Positions 25,437 through 37,000 of a stretch of 64,000 nt of DNA are shown in pieces; within the stretch, counting starts at the first letter, position 1, and every line of letters starts with the position of its first letter. The translations under genes and the position numbers were made by a program. The notes below the pieces were generated by a model. The model searched no databases and was not told the DNA's origin. It was given only the letters and a program-made list of their open reading frames with translations. The stretch comes from Eledone cirrhosa. Lineage: Eukaryota. Location: positions 370,202,001 to 370,266,000 of the forward strand of contig OZ024743.1 in the NCBI GenBank assembly GCA_964016885.1, in the 5' to 3' direction.

Positions 25437-26398
25437 AGCTGCATTTATCTTGCTTTATGTTCATATGAGTTATCACCAAGTCACAACAAGTGACCTCAAG
25501 AGACAACAAGGTCCGCCATGTTCAAGAAAGAACATACATACTCACACATGCATCGTTAGGTGTTTAGACTTCTGATGTACTTATATTGACAGAATCTTCC
25601 TTAGTATATGGGCAGTTCCCATTAGTACTATCTTTTGTATTTCTCCTATACGCGGGTTTCCTGGGATTTGCGATAAGTAATCATTAGACCCCTTAGGTAT
25701 CATTCCTAGAGCGCCTACAACCACTGGTATTGTTTTAGTTCTCAATTTCCACATTTTTCCAATTTATATCTCCAGATCCTTATACTTGCTCAATTTTTCA
25801 AATGTTTTTATAGATACATTCTTGTCTATTGGAACGGACATATCAATTAGCAGGCATACCCTCTTTTTAAAGTCCTTCAGTATTATATCAGGTCTATTTG
25901 CATCTATTTTTCGGTCTGTTTGGATGCTAAAGTTCCACAAGATTGAGATGTGATCTTTTTCAAGTATGGGAGGTGGTTGATGCTCCCACCAATTCTTTAG
26001 ATGGGGCAGGTCAAAATGCTTACACATTGTGCTATAGGACTGCACATTGAAATTATATGATCAATGGTCTCTGTTTGTTTTTTACATACACGGCATAATG
26101 GGCTGCATCCATTTTTTATTATGTTAGCTTGGTAATATTTTGTTGGCAGACACTGATCTTGTGCTGATATAATCAGTCCTTCAGTCTCCGATTTGAGTCC
26201 AGAGGATGCCAACCACTGATGGGTTAAAGTTTTGTCAACATCAGGATTGTTAGCTCTTTCTGGGTATTTTCCATACAGAGGCTTTTCTTGCCATTTCTTA
26301 GTCAGTTTCTGTAGCAGTTCTTTCTTTGCAGTTACTTTTACCTGCTTTGCTTTTTCTGTGTTTTCCATTTCAGCAGTAAATTGGACTTCTGAATTATG
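25436..26398 (-). mobile_element. R4/Dong-like LINE 3' fragment A (CCHC finger plus restriction-like endonuclease)
   Basis: LKSETEGLIISAQDQCL, CRVC..ETIDHIISMC, ILWNFSIQTDRKIDANRPDII, LIDMSVP, KLSKYKDL; 3' end abuts (AAT)n at 25364-25434. Confidence 0.9.
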
Positions 26399-26438
26399 CA
26401 CTGGAATAATTGCTGGCCTTGTGCCAAAAGTAGAAACA

Positions 26439-26501
<63 letters not shown>
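26399..26501 (+). mobile_element. Isolated SINE 3' tail with long (ATT)n
   Basis: GCACTGGAATAATTGCTGGCCTTGTGCCAAAAGTAGAAACAATT matches the SINE tail at 19250-19292. Confidence 0.8.
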
Positions 26502-26502
26502 T

Positions 26503-27745
26503 TAGTCTCAGTCATTAATGTTATTTAACTGGAGAATTTGTTGAAATGAATATCAAGCCGCTACCTGCAGCCTCAGATATTCAGGACGTATCGGAGAGTT
26601 CTTGCTGTTCCCAGCAAGCATGCCTTTTGAAGTGTTCCAAAAAACGGGGCTGGATTAATCTTCTTTGACCATCCTAGGAAACTCTTTGAGATAGTACCTA
26701 CTGCTCCTATGACAATCGGGACAACCTTGATCGCATGATAGTTCAAAATCCTTTTTAACTCCCATTTTAAATTCTGGTATCGGTTAATTTTCTCCCTCTC
26801 CTCTTCTTGCACTCTCGTGTCAAATGGGTAGACTATATCTACACTCAGGCACAATCATTTTTCCTTGCCAAAACCCACCAGGTCAGGTCTATTGTGTCCT
26901 AATTTCTTGTCCGCCTATGTCCTGAAATCCCATAGTACCTTCACTTGATCGTTTTCTATCACCGCCTCTGGCTTATGCTCATACTACTTCTCAGAATGTT
27001 GTAAATTGTTCAGTTTGCATAGATGCCAGTGGATCACCCTGCCTATCACATCATGTCTCCAGCCTTTATAGTGAGCCTGGGCTAGATGTTTACACTCGCA
27101 TACGGTGTGAGCCACAGTCTCCTCTCTCTCCACAGATCCTACACAGTGAGCTAGCCTCCTCCTTGTCAATGTGGTGTATCAGCCACTTCGTTCTGAGGGC
27201 TTGTTCTTGTGCAACCATTAGCATTTCTTCTGTAGCTTTTTTAAGGTCTCCTCTTTTTAACCAGTTCCATGACAGTGGATCTCTAAATTCCGTTTTCCAA
27301 AATAAGGTGCTATGAAGGAATTTTTCATGGTGGTTGCTCTTCCTCCTTGTTGTTATTTCCTCCTTGGACATCCCCTGGTATATTGTCTTCTGCTTCAGTA
27401 CAATGGCTCCCTACTGTCAGACACATATTTGTGCAGACTGTTTTTCTCCATCTGAATACAGTCCACTATGCTGATAAGACCTCTTCCACCTTCAGATCTC
27501 TTTCAACATCAGATCTTCCACCTTCAGAGACATCATCCACCTTCAGATCTCTATCAACATCACTCCTCTTGTGTAACATGCTGTAGGTAGTCATTAGCTT
27601 CCTAGTCTTTCTTTCCATTTCTTTTTGTTCAGTAACATTCCATTTCAGAATTCCCGCACTGTAACTAATAATAGACACAGCTCGGGAATTTACTGCACTT
27701 ATGACATTCCTACTATTAGGATGAGATTTTAGTATGTTCCTTATT
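26503..27745 (-). mobile_element. R4/Dong-like LINE 3' fragment B, a different subfamily
   Basis: NVISAVNSRAVSIISYSAGILKW, LKKATEEMLMVAQEQALRT, CRICGE, RHDVIGRVIHWHLC, KINRYQNLKWEL, VVPIVIGAVG, LQKACLLGTARTLR; (AAT)n on both sides. Confidence 0.9.
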
Positions 27746-27746
27746 A

Positions 27747-27777
<31 letters not shown>

Positions 27778-28061
27778 AATTATTATTATAATAATTATTA
27801 TAATAATAATAATTATTATTATTATGGAAATATACACGTCGCAGGAAATTTTGCTCCCGTAAGTTTGTGATTTTTTAACAGTTTTTATTGCGAACTCATT
27901 GGAAAAATCTATATTGTTTTGTGTTTAAACACTCGCCGCTTCTTTTGAGGTGGTCGAACTTAATCGGTATTTACACCTTCGGGGCTAAATTCCAATTTGA
28001 ACTTGGCAAATACGCCCACAAAAAAAAAAAGATAAATGGCGTCACTCAAAAATCTGTTTCT

Positions 28062-31000
28062 CTACATTGTCTTCACTCAAAACTTCCTTCTTCACCAAGC
28101 TATCGTTCTCTATCTTGTCTTTCCTCAAAACATCCTTCTTCACCAAGCTATCGTTCTCTATCTTGTCTTTCCTCAAAATTTCCTTCTTCACCAAGCTATC
28201 GTTCTCTATCTTGTCTTTCCTCAAAATTTCCTTCTTCACCAAGCTATCGTTCTCTATCTTGTCTTTCCTCAAAATTTCTTTCTTCACCAAGCTCTCGTTC
28301 TCTATCTTGTCTTTCCTCAAAATTTCCTTCTTCACCAAGCTATCGTTCTCTATCTTGTCTTTCCTCAAAACTTCCTTCTTCACCAAGCTATCGTTCTCTA
28401 TCTTGTCTTTCCTCAAAACTTCCTTCTTCACCAAGCTATCGTTCTCTATCTTGTCTTTCCTCAAAATTTCCTTCTTCACCAAGCTCTCGTTCTCTACCTT
28501 GTCTTTCCTCAAAATTTCCTTCTTCACCGAGCTATCGTTCTCTATCTTGTCTTTCCTCAACAATTCCTTCTTCACCAAGCTATCGTTCTCTATCTTGTCT
28601 TTCCTCAAAATTTCCTTCTTCACCAAGCTGTCGTTCTCTATCTTGTCTTTCCTCAAAATTTCCTTCTTCACCAAGCTATCGTTCTCTATCTTGTCTTTCC
28701 TCAAAATTTCCTTCTTCACCAAGCTATCGTTCTCTATCTTGTCTTTCCTCAAAATTTCCTTCTTCACCAAGCTCTCGTTCTCTACCTTGTCTTTCCTCAA
28801 AATTTCCTTCTTCACCGAGCTATCGTTCTCTATCTTGTCTTTCCTCAACAATTCCTTCTTCACCAAGCTATCGTTCTCTATCTTGTCTTTCCTCAAAATT
28901 TCCTTCTTCACCAAGCTGTCGTTCTCTATCTTGTCTTTCCTCAAAATTTCCTTCTTCACCAAGCTATCGTTCTCTATCTTGTCTTTCCTCAAAATTTCCT
29001 TCTTCACCAAGCTATCGTTCTCTATCTTGTCTTTCCTCAAAATTTCCTTCTTCACCAAGCTATCGTTCTCTATCTTGTCTTTCCTCAAAATTTCCTTCTT
29101 CGCCAAGCTATCGTTCTCTATCTTGTCTTTCCTCAAAACTTCCTTCTTCACCAAGCTATCGTTCTCTATCTTGTCTTTCTTCAAAACTTCCTTCTTCACC
29201 AAGCTATCGTTCTCTATCTTGTCTTTCCTCAAAATTTCCTTCTTCACCAAGCTATCGTTCTCTATCTTGTCTTTCCTCAAAATTTCCTTCTTCACCAAGC
29301 TATCGTTCTCTATCTTGTCTTTCCTCAAAATTTCCTTCTTCACCAAGCTATCGTTCTCTACCCTGTCTTTCCTCAAAATTTCCTTCTTCACCAAGCTATC
29401 GTTCTCTATCTTGTCTTTCCTCAAAATTTCCTTCTTCACCAAGCTATCGTTCTCTATCTTGTCTTTCCTCAAAACTTCCTTCTTCACCAAGCTATCGTTC
29501 TCTATCTTGTCTTTCCTCAAAATTTCCTTCTTCACCAAGCTATCGTTCTCTATCTTGTCTTGTCTTTCCTCAAAATTTCCTTCTTCACCAAGCTATCGTT
29601 CTCTACCTTGTCTTTCCTCAAAATTTCCTTCTTCACCAAGCTATCGTTCTCTATCTCGTCTTTCCTCAAAACTTCCTTCTTCACCAAGCTATCGTTCTCT
29701 ATCTTGTCTTTCCTCAAAATTTCCTTCTTCACCAAGCTATCGTTCTCTATCTTGTCTTTCCTCAAAATTTCCTTCTTCACCAAGCTATCGTTCTCTATCT
29801 TGTCTTTCCTCAAAATTTCCTTCTTCACCAAGCTATCGTTCTCTATCTTGTCTTTCCTCAAAATTTCCTTCTTCACCAAGCTATCGTTCTCTATCTTGTC
29901 TTTCCTCAAAACTTCCTTCTTCACCAAGCTATCGTTCTCTATCTTGTCTTTCCTCAAAATTTCCTTCTTCACCAAGCTATCGTTCTCTATCTTGTCTTTC
30001 CTCAAAATTTCCTTCTTCACCAAGCTATCGTTCTCTATCTTGTCTTTCCTCAAAATTTCCTTCTTCACCAAGCTATCGTTCTCTATCTTGTCTTTCCTCA
30101 AAATTTCCTTCTTCACCAAGCTATCGTTCTCTATCTTGTCTTTCCTCAAAATTTCCTTCTTCACCAAGCTATCGTTCTCTATCTTGTCTTTCCTCAAAAT
30201 TTCCTTCTTCACCAAGCTATCGTTCTCTATCTTGTCTTTCCTCAAAATTTCCTTCTTCACCAAGCTATCGTTCTCTATCTTGTCTTTCCTCAAAACTTCC
30301 TTCTTCACCAAGCTATCGTTCTCTATCTTGTCTTTCCTCAAAATTTCCTTCTTCACCAAGCTATCGTTCTCTATCTTGTCTTTCCTCAAAATTTCCTTCT
30401 TCACCAAGCTATCGTTCTCTATCTTGTCTTTCCTCAAAATTTCCTTCTTCACCAAGCTATCGTTCTCTATCTTGTCTTTCCTCAAAATTTCCTTCTTCAC
30501 CAAGCTATCGTTCTCTATCTTGTCTTTCCTCAAAATTTCCTTCTTGACCAAGCTATCGTTCTCTATCTTGTCTTTCCTCAAAATTTCCTTCTTCACCAAG
30601 CTATCGTTCTCTATCTTGTCTTTCCTCAAAATTTCCTTCTTCACCAAGCTATCGTTCTCTATCTTGTCTTTCCTCAAAATTTCCTTCTTCACCAAGCTAT
30701 CGTTCTCTATCTTGTCATTCCTCAAAATTTCCTTCTTCACCAAGCTATCGTTCTCTATCTTGTCTTTCCTCAAAATTTCCTTCTTCACCAAGCTATCGTT
30801 CTCTATCTTGTCTTTCCTCAAAATTTCCTTCTTCACCAAGCTATCGTTCTCTATCTTGTCTTGTCTTTCCTCAAAATTTCCTTCTTCACCAAGCTATCGT
30901 TCTCTATCTTGTCTTTCCTCAAAATTTCCTTCTTCACCAAGCTATCGTTTTCTAACTTGTCTTTCCTCAAAATTTCCTTCTTCACCAAGCTATCGTTCTC

Positions 31001-34000
31001 TATCTTGCCTTTCCTCAAAATTTCCTTCTTCACCAAGCTATCGTTCTCTATCTTGTCTTTCCTCAAAATTTCCTTCTTCACCAAGCTATCGTTCTCTATC
31101 TTGTCTTTCCTCAAAATTTCCTTCTTCACCAAGCTATCGTTCTCTATCTTGTCTTTCCTCAAAATTTCCTTCTTCACCAAGCTATCGTTCTCTATCTTGT
31201 CTTTCCTCAAAATTTCCTTCTTCACCAAGTTATCGTTCTCTATCTTGTCTTTCCTCAAAATTTCCTTCTTCACCAAGCTATCGTTCTCTATCTTGTCTTT
31301 CCTCAAAATTTCCTTCTTCACCAAGCTATCGTTCTCTATCTTGTCTTTCCTCAAAATTTCCTTCTTGACCAAGCTATCGTTCTCTATCTTGTCTTTCCTC
31401 AAAATTTCCTTCTTCGCCAAGCTATCGTTCTCTATCTTGTCTTTCCTCAAAATTTCCTTCTTCACCAAGCTATCGTTCTCTATCTTGTCTTTCCTCAAAA
31501 TTTCCTTCTTCACCAAGCTATCGTTCTCTATCTTGTCTTTCCTCAAAATTTCCTTCTTCACCAAGCTATCGTTCTCTATCTTGTCTTTCCTCAAAATTTC
31601 CTTCTTCACCAAGCTATCGTTCTCTATCTTGTCTTTCCTCAAAATTTCCTTCTTGACCAAGCTATCGTTCTCTATCTTGTCTTTCCTCAAAATGTCCTTC
31701 TTCACCAAGCTATCGTTCTCTATCTTGTCTTTCCTCAAAATTTCCTTCTTCACCAAGCTATCGTTCTCTATCTTGTCTTTCCTCAAAATTTCCTTCTTCA
31801 CCAAGCTATCGTTCTCTATCTTGTCATTCCTCAAAATTTCCTTCTTCACCAAGCTATCGTTCTCTATCTTGTCTTTCCTCAAAATTTCCTTCTTCACCAA
31901 GCTATCGTTCTCTATCTTGTCTTTCCTCAAAATTTCCTTCTTCACCAAGCTATCGTTCTCTATCTTGTCTTGTCTTTCCTCAAAATTTCCTTCTTCACCA
32001 AGCTATCGTTCTCTATCTTGTCTTTCCTCAAAATTTCCTTCTTCACCAAGCTATCGTTTTCTAACTTGTCTTTCCTCAAAATTTCCTTCTTCACCAAGCT
32101 ATCGTTCTCTATCTTGTCTTTCCTCAAAATTTCCTTCTTCACCAAGCTATCGTTCTCTATCTTGTCTTTCCTCAAAATTTCCTTCTTCACCAAGCTATCG
32201 TTCTCTATCTTGTCTTTCCTCAAAATTTCCTTCTTGACCAAGCTATCGTTCTCTATCTTGTCTTTCCTCAAAATGTCCTTCTTCACCAAGCTATCGTTCT
32301 CTATCTTGTCTTTCCTCAAAATTTCCTTCTTCACCAAGCTATCGTTCTCTATCTTGTCTTTCCTCAAAATTTCCTTCTTCACCAAGCTATCGTTCTCTAT
32401 CTTGTCATTCCTCAAAATTTCCTTCTTCACCAAGCTATCGTTCTCTATCTTGTCTTTCCTCAAAATTTCCTTCTTCACCAAGCTATCGTTCTCTATCTTG
32501 TCTTTCCTCAAAATTTCCTTCTTCACCAAGCTATCGTTCTCTATCTTGTCTTGTCTTTCCTCAAAATTTCCTTCTTCACCAAGCTATCGTTCTCTATCTT
32601 GTCTTTCCGCAAAATTTCCTTCTTCACCAAGCTATCGTTTTCTAACTTGTCTTTCCTCAAAATTTCCTTCTTCACCAAGCTATCGTTCTCTATCTTGTCT
32701 TTCCTCAAAATTTCCTTCTTCACCAAGCTATCGTTCTCTATCTTGTCTTTCCTCAAAATTTCCTTCTTCACCAAGCTATCGTTCTCTATCTTGTCTTTCC
32801 TCAAAATTTCCTTCTTCACCAAGCTATCGTTCTCTATCTTGTCTTTCCTCAAAATTTCCTTCTTCACCAAGCTATCGTTCTCTATCTTGTCTTTCCTCAA
32901 AATTTCCTTCTTCACCAAGTTATCGTTCTCTATCTTGTCTTTCCTCAAAATTTCCTTCTTCACCAAGCTATCGTTCTCTATCTTGTCTTTCCTCAAAATT
33001 TCCTTCTTCACCAAGCTATCGTTCTCTATCTTGTCTTTCCTCAAAATTTCCTTCTTCACCAAGCTATCGTTCTCTATCTTGTCTTTCCTCAAAATTTCCT
33101 TCTTCGCCAAGCTATCGTTCTCTATCTTGTCTTTCCTCAAAATTTCCTTCTTCACCTAGCTATCGTTCTCTATCTTGTCTTTCCTCAAAATTTCCCTCTT
33201 GACCAAGCTATCGTTCTCTATCTTGTCATTCCTCAAAATTTCCTTCTTCACCAAGCTATCGTTCTCTATCTTGTCTTTCCTCAAAATTTCCTTCTTCACC
33301 AAGCTATCGTTCTCTATCTTGTCTTTCCTCAAAATTTCCTTCTTCACCAAGCTATCGTTCTCTATCTTGTCTTTCCTCAAAATTTCCTTCTTCACCAAGC
33401 TATCGTTCTCTATCTTGTCTTTCCTCAAAATTTCCTTCTTCACCAAGCTATCGTTCTCTATCTTGTCTTTCCTCAAAATTTCCTTCTTCACCAAGCTATC
33501 GTTCTCTATCTTGTCTTTCCTCAAAATTTCCTTCTTCACCAAGCTATCGTTCTCTATCTTGTCTTTCCTCAAAATGTCCTTCTTCACCAAGCTATCGTTC
33601 TCTATCTTGTCTTTCCTCAAAATTTCCTTCTTCACCAAGCTATCGTTCTCTATCTTGTCTTTCCTCAAAACTTCCTTCTTCACCAAGCTATCGTTCTCTA
33701 TCTTGTCATTCCTCAAAATTTCCTTCTTCACCAAGCTATCGTTCTCTATCTTGTCTTTCCTCAAAATTTCCTTCTTCACCAAGCTATCGTTCTCTATCTT
33801 GTCTTTCCTCAAAATTTCCTTCTTCACCAAGCTATCGTTCTCTATCTTGTCTTTCCTCAAAATTTCATTTCTTTACCAAGCTATCGTTCTCTATCTTGTC
33901 TTTCCTCAAAATTTCCTTCTTCACCAAGCTATCGTTCTCTATCTTGTCTGTCCTCAAAATTTCCTTCTTCACCAAGCTATCGTTCTCTATCTTGTCTTTC

Positions 34001-37000
34001 CTCAAAATTTCCTTCTTCACCAAGCTATCGTTCTCTATCTTGTCTTTCCTCAAAATTTCCTTCTTCACCAAGCTATCGTTCTCTATCTTGTCTTTCCTCA
34101 AAATTTCCTTCTTCACCAAGCTATCGTTCTCTATCTTGTCTTTCCTCAAAATGTCCTTCTTCACCAAGCTATCGTCCTCTATCTTGTCTTTCCTCAAAAT
34201 TTCCTTCTTCACCAAGTTATCGTTCTCTATCTTGTCTTTCCTCAAAATTTCCTTCTTCACCAAGCTATCGTTCTCTATCTTGTCTTTCCTCAAAACTTTC
34301 TTCTTCACGAAGCCATCGTTCTCTATCTTGTCTTTCCTCAAAATTTCCTTCTTCACCAAGCTATCGTTCTCTATCTTGTCTTTCCTCAAAACTTCCTTCT
34401 TCACCAAGCTATCGTTCTCTATCTTGTCTTTCCTCAAAATTTCCTTCTTCACCAAGCTATCGTTCTCTATCTTGTCTTTCCTCAAAATTTACTTCTTCAC
34501 CAAGCTATCGTTCTCTATCTTGTCTTTGCTCAAAATTTCCTTCTTCACCAAGCTATCGTTCTCTATCTTGTCTTTCCTCAAAATTTCCTTCTTCACCAAG
34601 CTATCGTTCTGTATCTTGTCTTTCCTCAAAATTTCCTTCTTCACCAAGCTATCGTTCTCTATCTTGTCTTTCCTCAAAATTTCCTTCTTCACCAAGCTAT
34701 AGTTCTCTATCTTGTCTTTCCTCAAAATTTCCTTCTTCACCAAGCTATCGTTCTCTATCTTGTCTTTCCTCAAAATTTCCTTCTTCACCAAGCTATCGTT
34801 CTCTATCTTGTCATTCTTCAAAATTTCCTTCTTCACCAAGCTATCGTTCTCTATCTTGTCTTTCCTCAAAATTTCCTTCTTCACCAAGCTATCGTTCTCT
34901 ATCTTGTCTTTCCTTAAAATTTCCTTCTTCACCAAGCTATCGTTCTCTATCTTGTCTTTCCTCAAAATTTCCTTCTTCACCAAGCTATCGTTCTCTATCT
35001 TGTCTTTCCTCAAAATTTCCTTCTTCACCAAGCTATCGTTCTCTATCTTGTCTTTCCTCAAAATTTCCTTCTTCACCTAGCTATCGTTCTCTATCTTGTC
35101 TTTCCTCAAAATTTCCTTCTTCACCAAGCTATCGTTCTCTATCTTGTCTTTCCTCAAAATTTCCTTCTTCACCAAGCTATCGTTCTCTATCTTGTCTTTC
35201 CTCAAAATTTCCTTCTTCACCAAGCTATCGTTCTCTATCTTGTCTTTCCTCAAAATTTCCTTCTTCACCAAGCTATCGTTCTCTATCTTGTCTTTCCTCA
35301 AAATTTCCTTCTTCACCAAGTTATCGTTCTCTATCTTGTCTTTCCTCAAAATTTCCTTCTTCACCAAGCTATCGTTCTCTATCTTGTCTTTCCTCAAAAC
35401 GTACTTCTTCATCAAGCTATCGTTCTCTATCTTGTCTTTCCTCAAAATTTCCTTCTTCACCAAGCTATCGTTCTCTATCTTGTCTTTCCTCAAAACTTCC
35501 TTCTTCACCAAGCTATCGTTCTCTATCTTGTCTTTCCTCAAAATTTCCTCCTTCACCAAGCTATCGTTCTCTATCTTGTCTTTCCTCAAGATTTCCTTCT
35601 TCACCAAGCTATCGTTCTCTATCTTGTCTTTCCTCAAAACTTCCTTCTTCACCAAGCTATCGTTCTCTATCTTGTCTTTCCTCAAAACTTCCTTCTTCAG
35701 CAAGCTATCGTTCTCTATCTTGTCTTTCCTCAAAACTTCCTTCTTCACCAAGCTATCGTTCTCTATCTTATCTTTCCTTAAAATTTCTTTCTTCACCAAG
35801 CTATCGTTCTCTATCTTGTCTTTCTTCAAAACTTCCTTCTTCACCAAGCTATCGTTCTCTATCTTGTCTTTCCTCAAAATTTCCTTCTTCACCAAGCTAT
35901 CGTTCTCTATCTTGTCTTTCCTCAAAATTTCCTTCTTCACCAAGCTATCGTTCTCTATCTTGTCTTTCCTCAAAATTTCCTTCTTCACCAAGCTATCGTT
36001 CTCTATCTTGTCTTTCCTCAAAATTTCCTTCTCCACCAAGCTATCGTTCTCTATCTTGTCTTTCCTCAAAATTTCCTTCTTCACCAAGCTATCGTTCTCT
36101 ATCTTGTCTTTCCTCAAAATTTCCTTCTTCACCAAGCTATCGTTCTCTATCTTGCCTTTCCTCAAAATTTCCTTCTGCACCAAGCTATCGTTCTCTATCT
36201 TGTCTTTCCTCAAAATTTCCTTCTTCACCAAGCTATCGTTCTCTATCTTGTCTTTCCTCAAAACTTCCTTCTTCACCAAGCTATCGTTCTCTATCTTGTC
36301 TTTCCTCAGAACTTCCTTCTTCACCAAGCTATCGTTCTCTATCTTGTCTTTCCTCAAAACTTCCTTCTTCAGCAAACTATCGTTCTCTATCTTGTCTTTC
36401 CTCAAAACTTCCTTCTTCACCAAGCTATCGTTCTCTATCTTGTCTTTCCTCAAAATTTCCTTCTTCACCAAGCTATCGTTCTCTATCTTGTCTTTCTTCA
36501 AAACTTCCTTCTTCACCAAGCTATCGTTCTCTATCTTGTCTTTCCTCAAAATTTCCTTCTTCACCAAGCTATCGTTCTCTATCTTGTCTTTCCTCAAAAT
36601 TTCCTTCTTCACCAAGCTATCGTTCTCTATCTTGTCTTTCCTCAAAATTTCCTTCTTCACCAAGCTATCGTTCTCTATCTTGTCTTTCCTCAAAATTTCC
36701 TTCTTCACCAAGCTATCGTTCTCTATCTTGTCTTTCCTCAAGATTTCCTTCTTCACCAAGCTACTGTTCTCTATCTTGTCTTTCCTCAAAATTTCCTTCT
36801 TCACCAAGCTATCGTTCTCTATCTTGTCTTTCCTCAAAACTTCCTTCTTCACCAAGCTATCGTTCTCTATCTTGTCTTTCCTCAAAATTTCCTTCTTCAC
36901 CAAGCTATCGTTCTCTATCTTGTCTTTCCTCAAAATTTCCTTCTTCACCAAGCTATCGTTCTCTATCTTGTCTTTTCTCAAAATTTCCTTCTTCACGAAG

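Noticed and set aside
25997-26515. 172-aa ORF with a poly-Ile N-terminus as a signal-anchored protein
   Set aside because: Chance read-through from (ATT)n and a SINE tail into a LINE fragment
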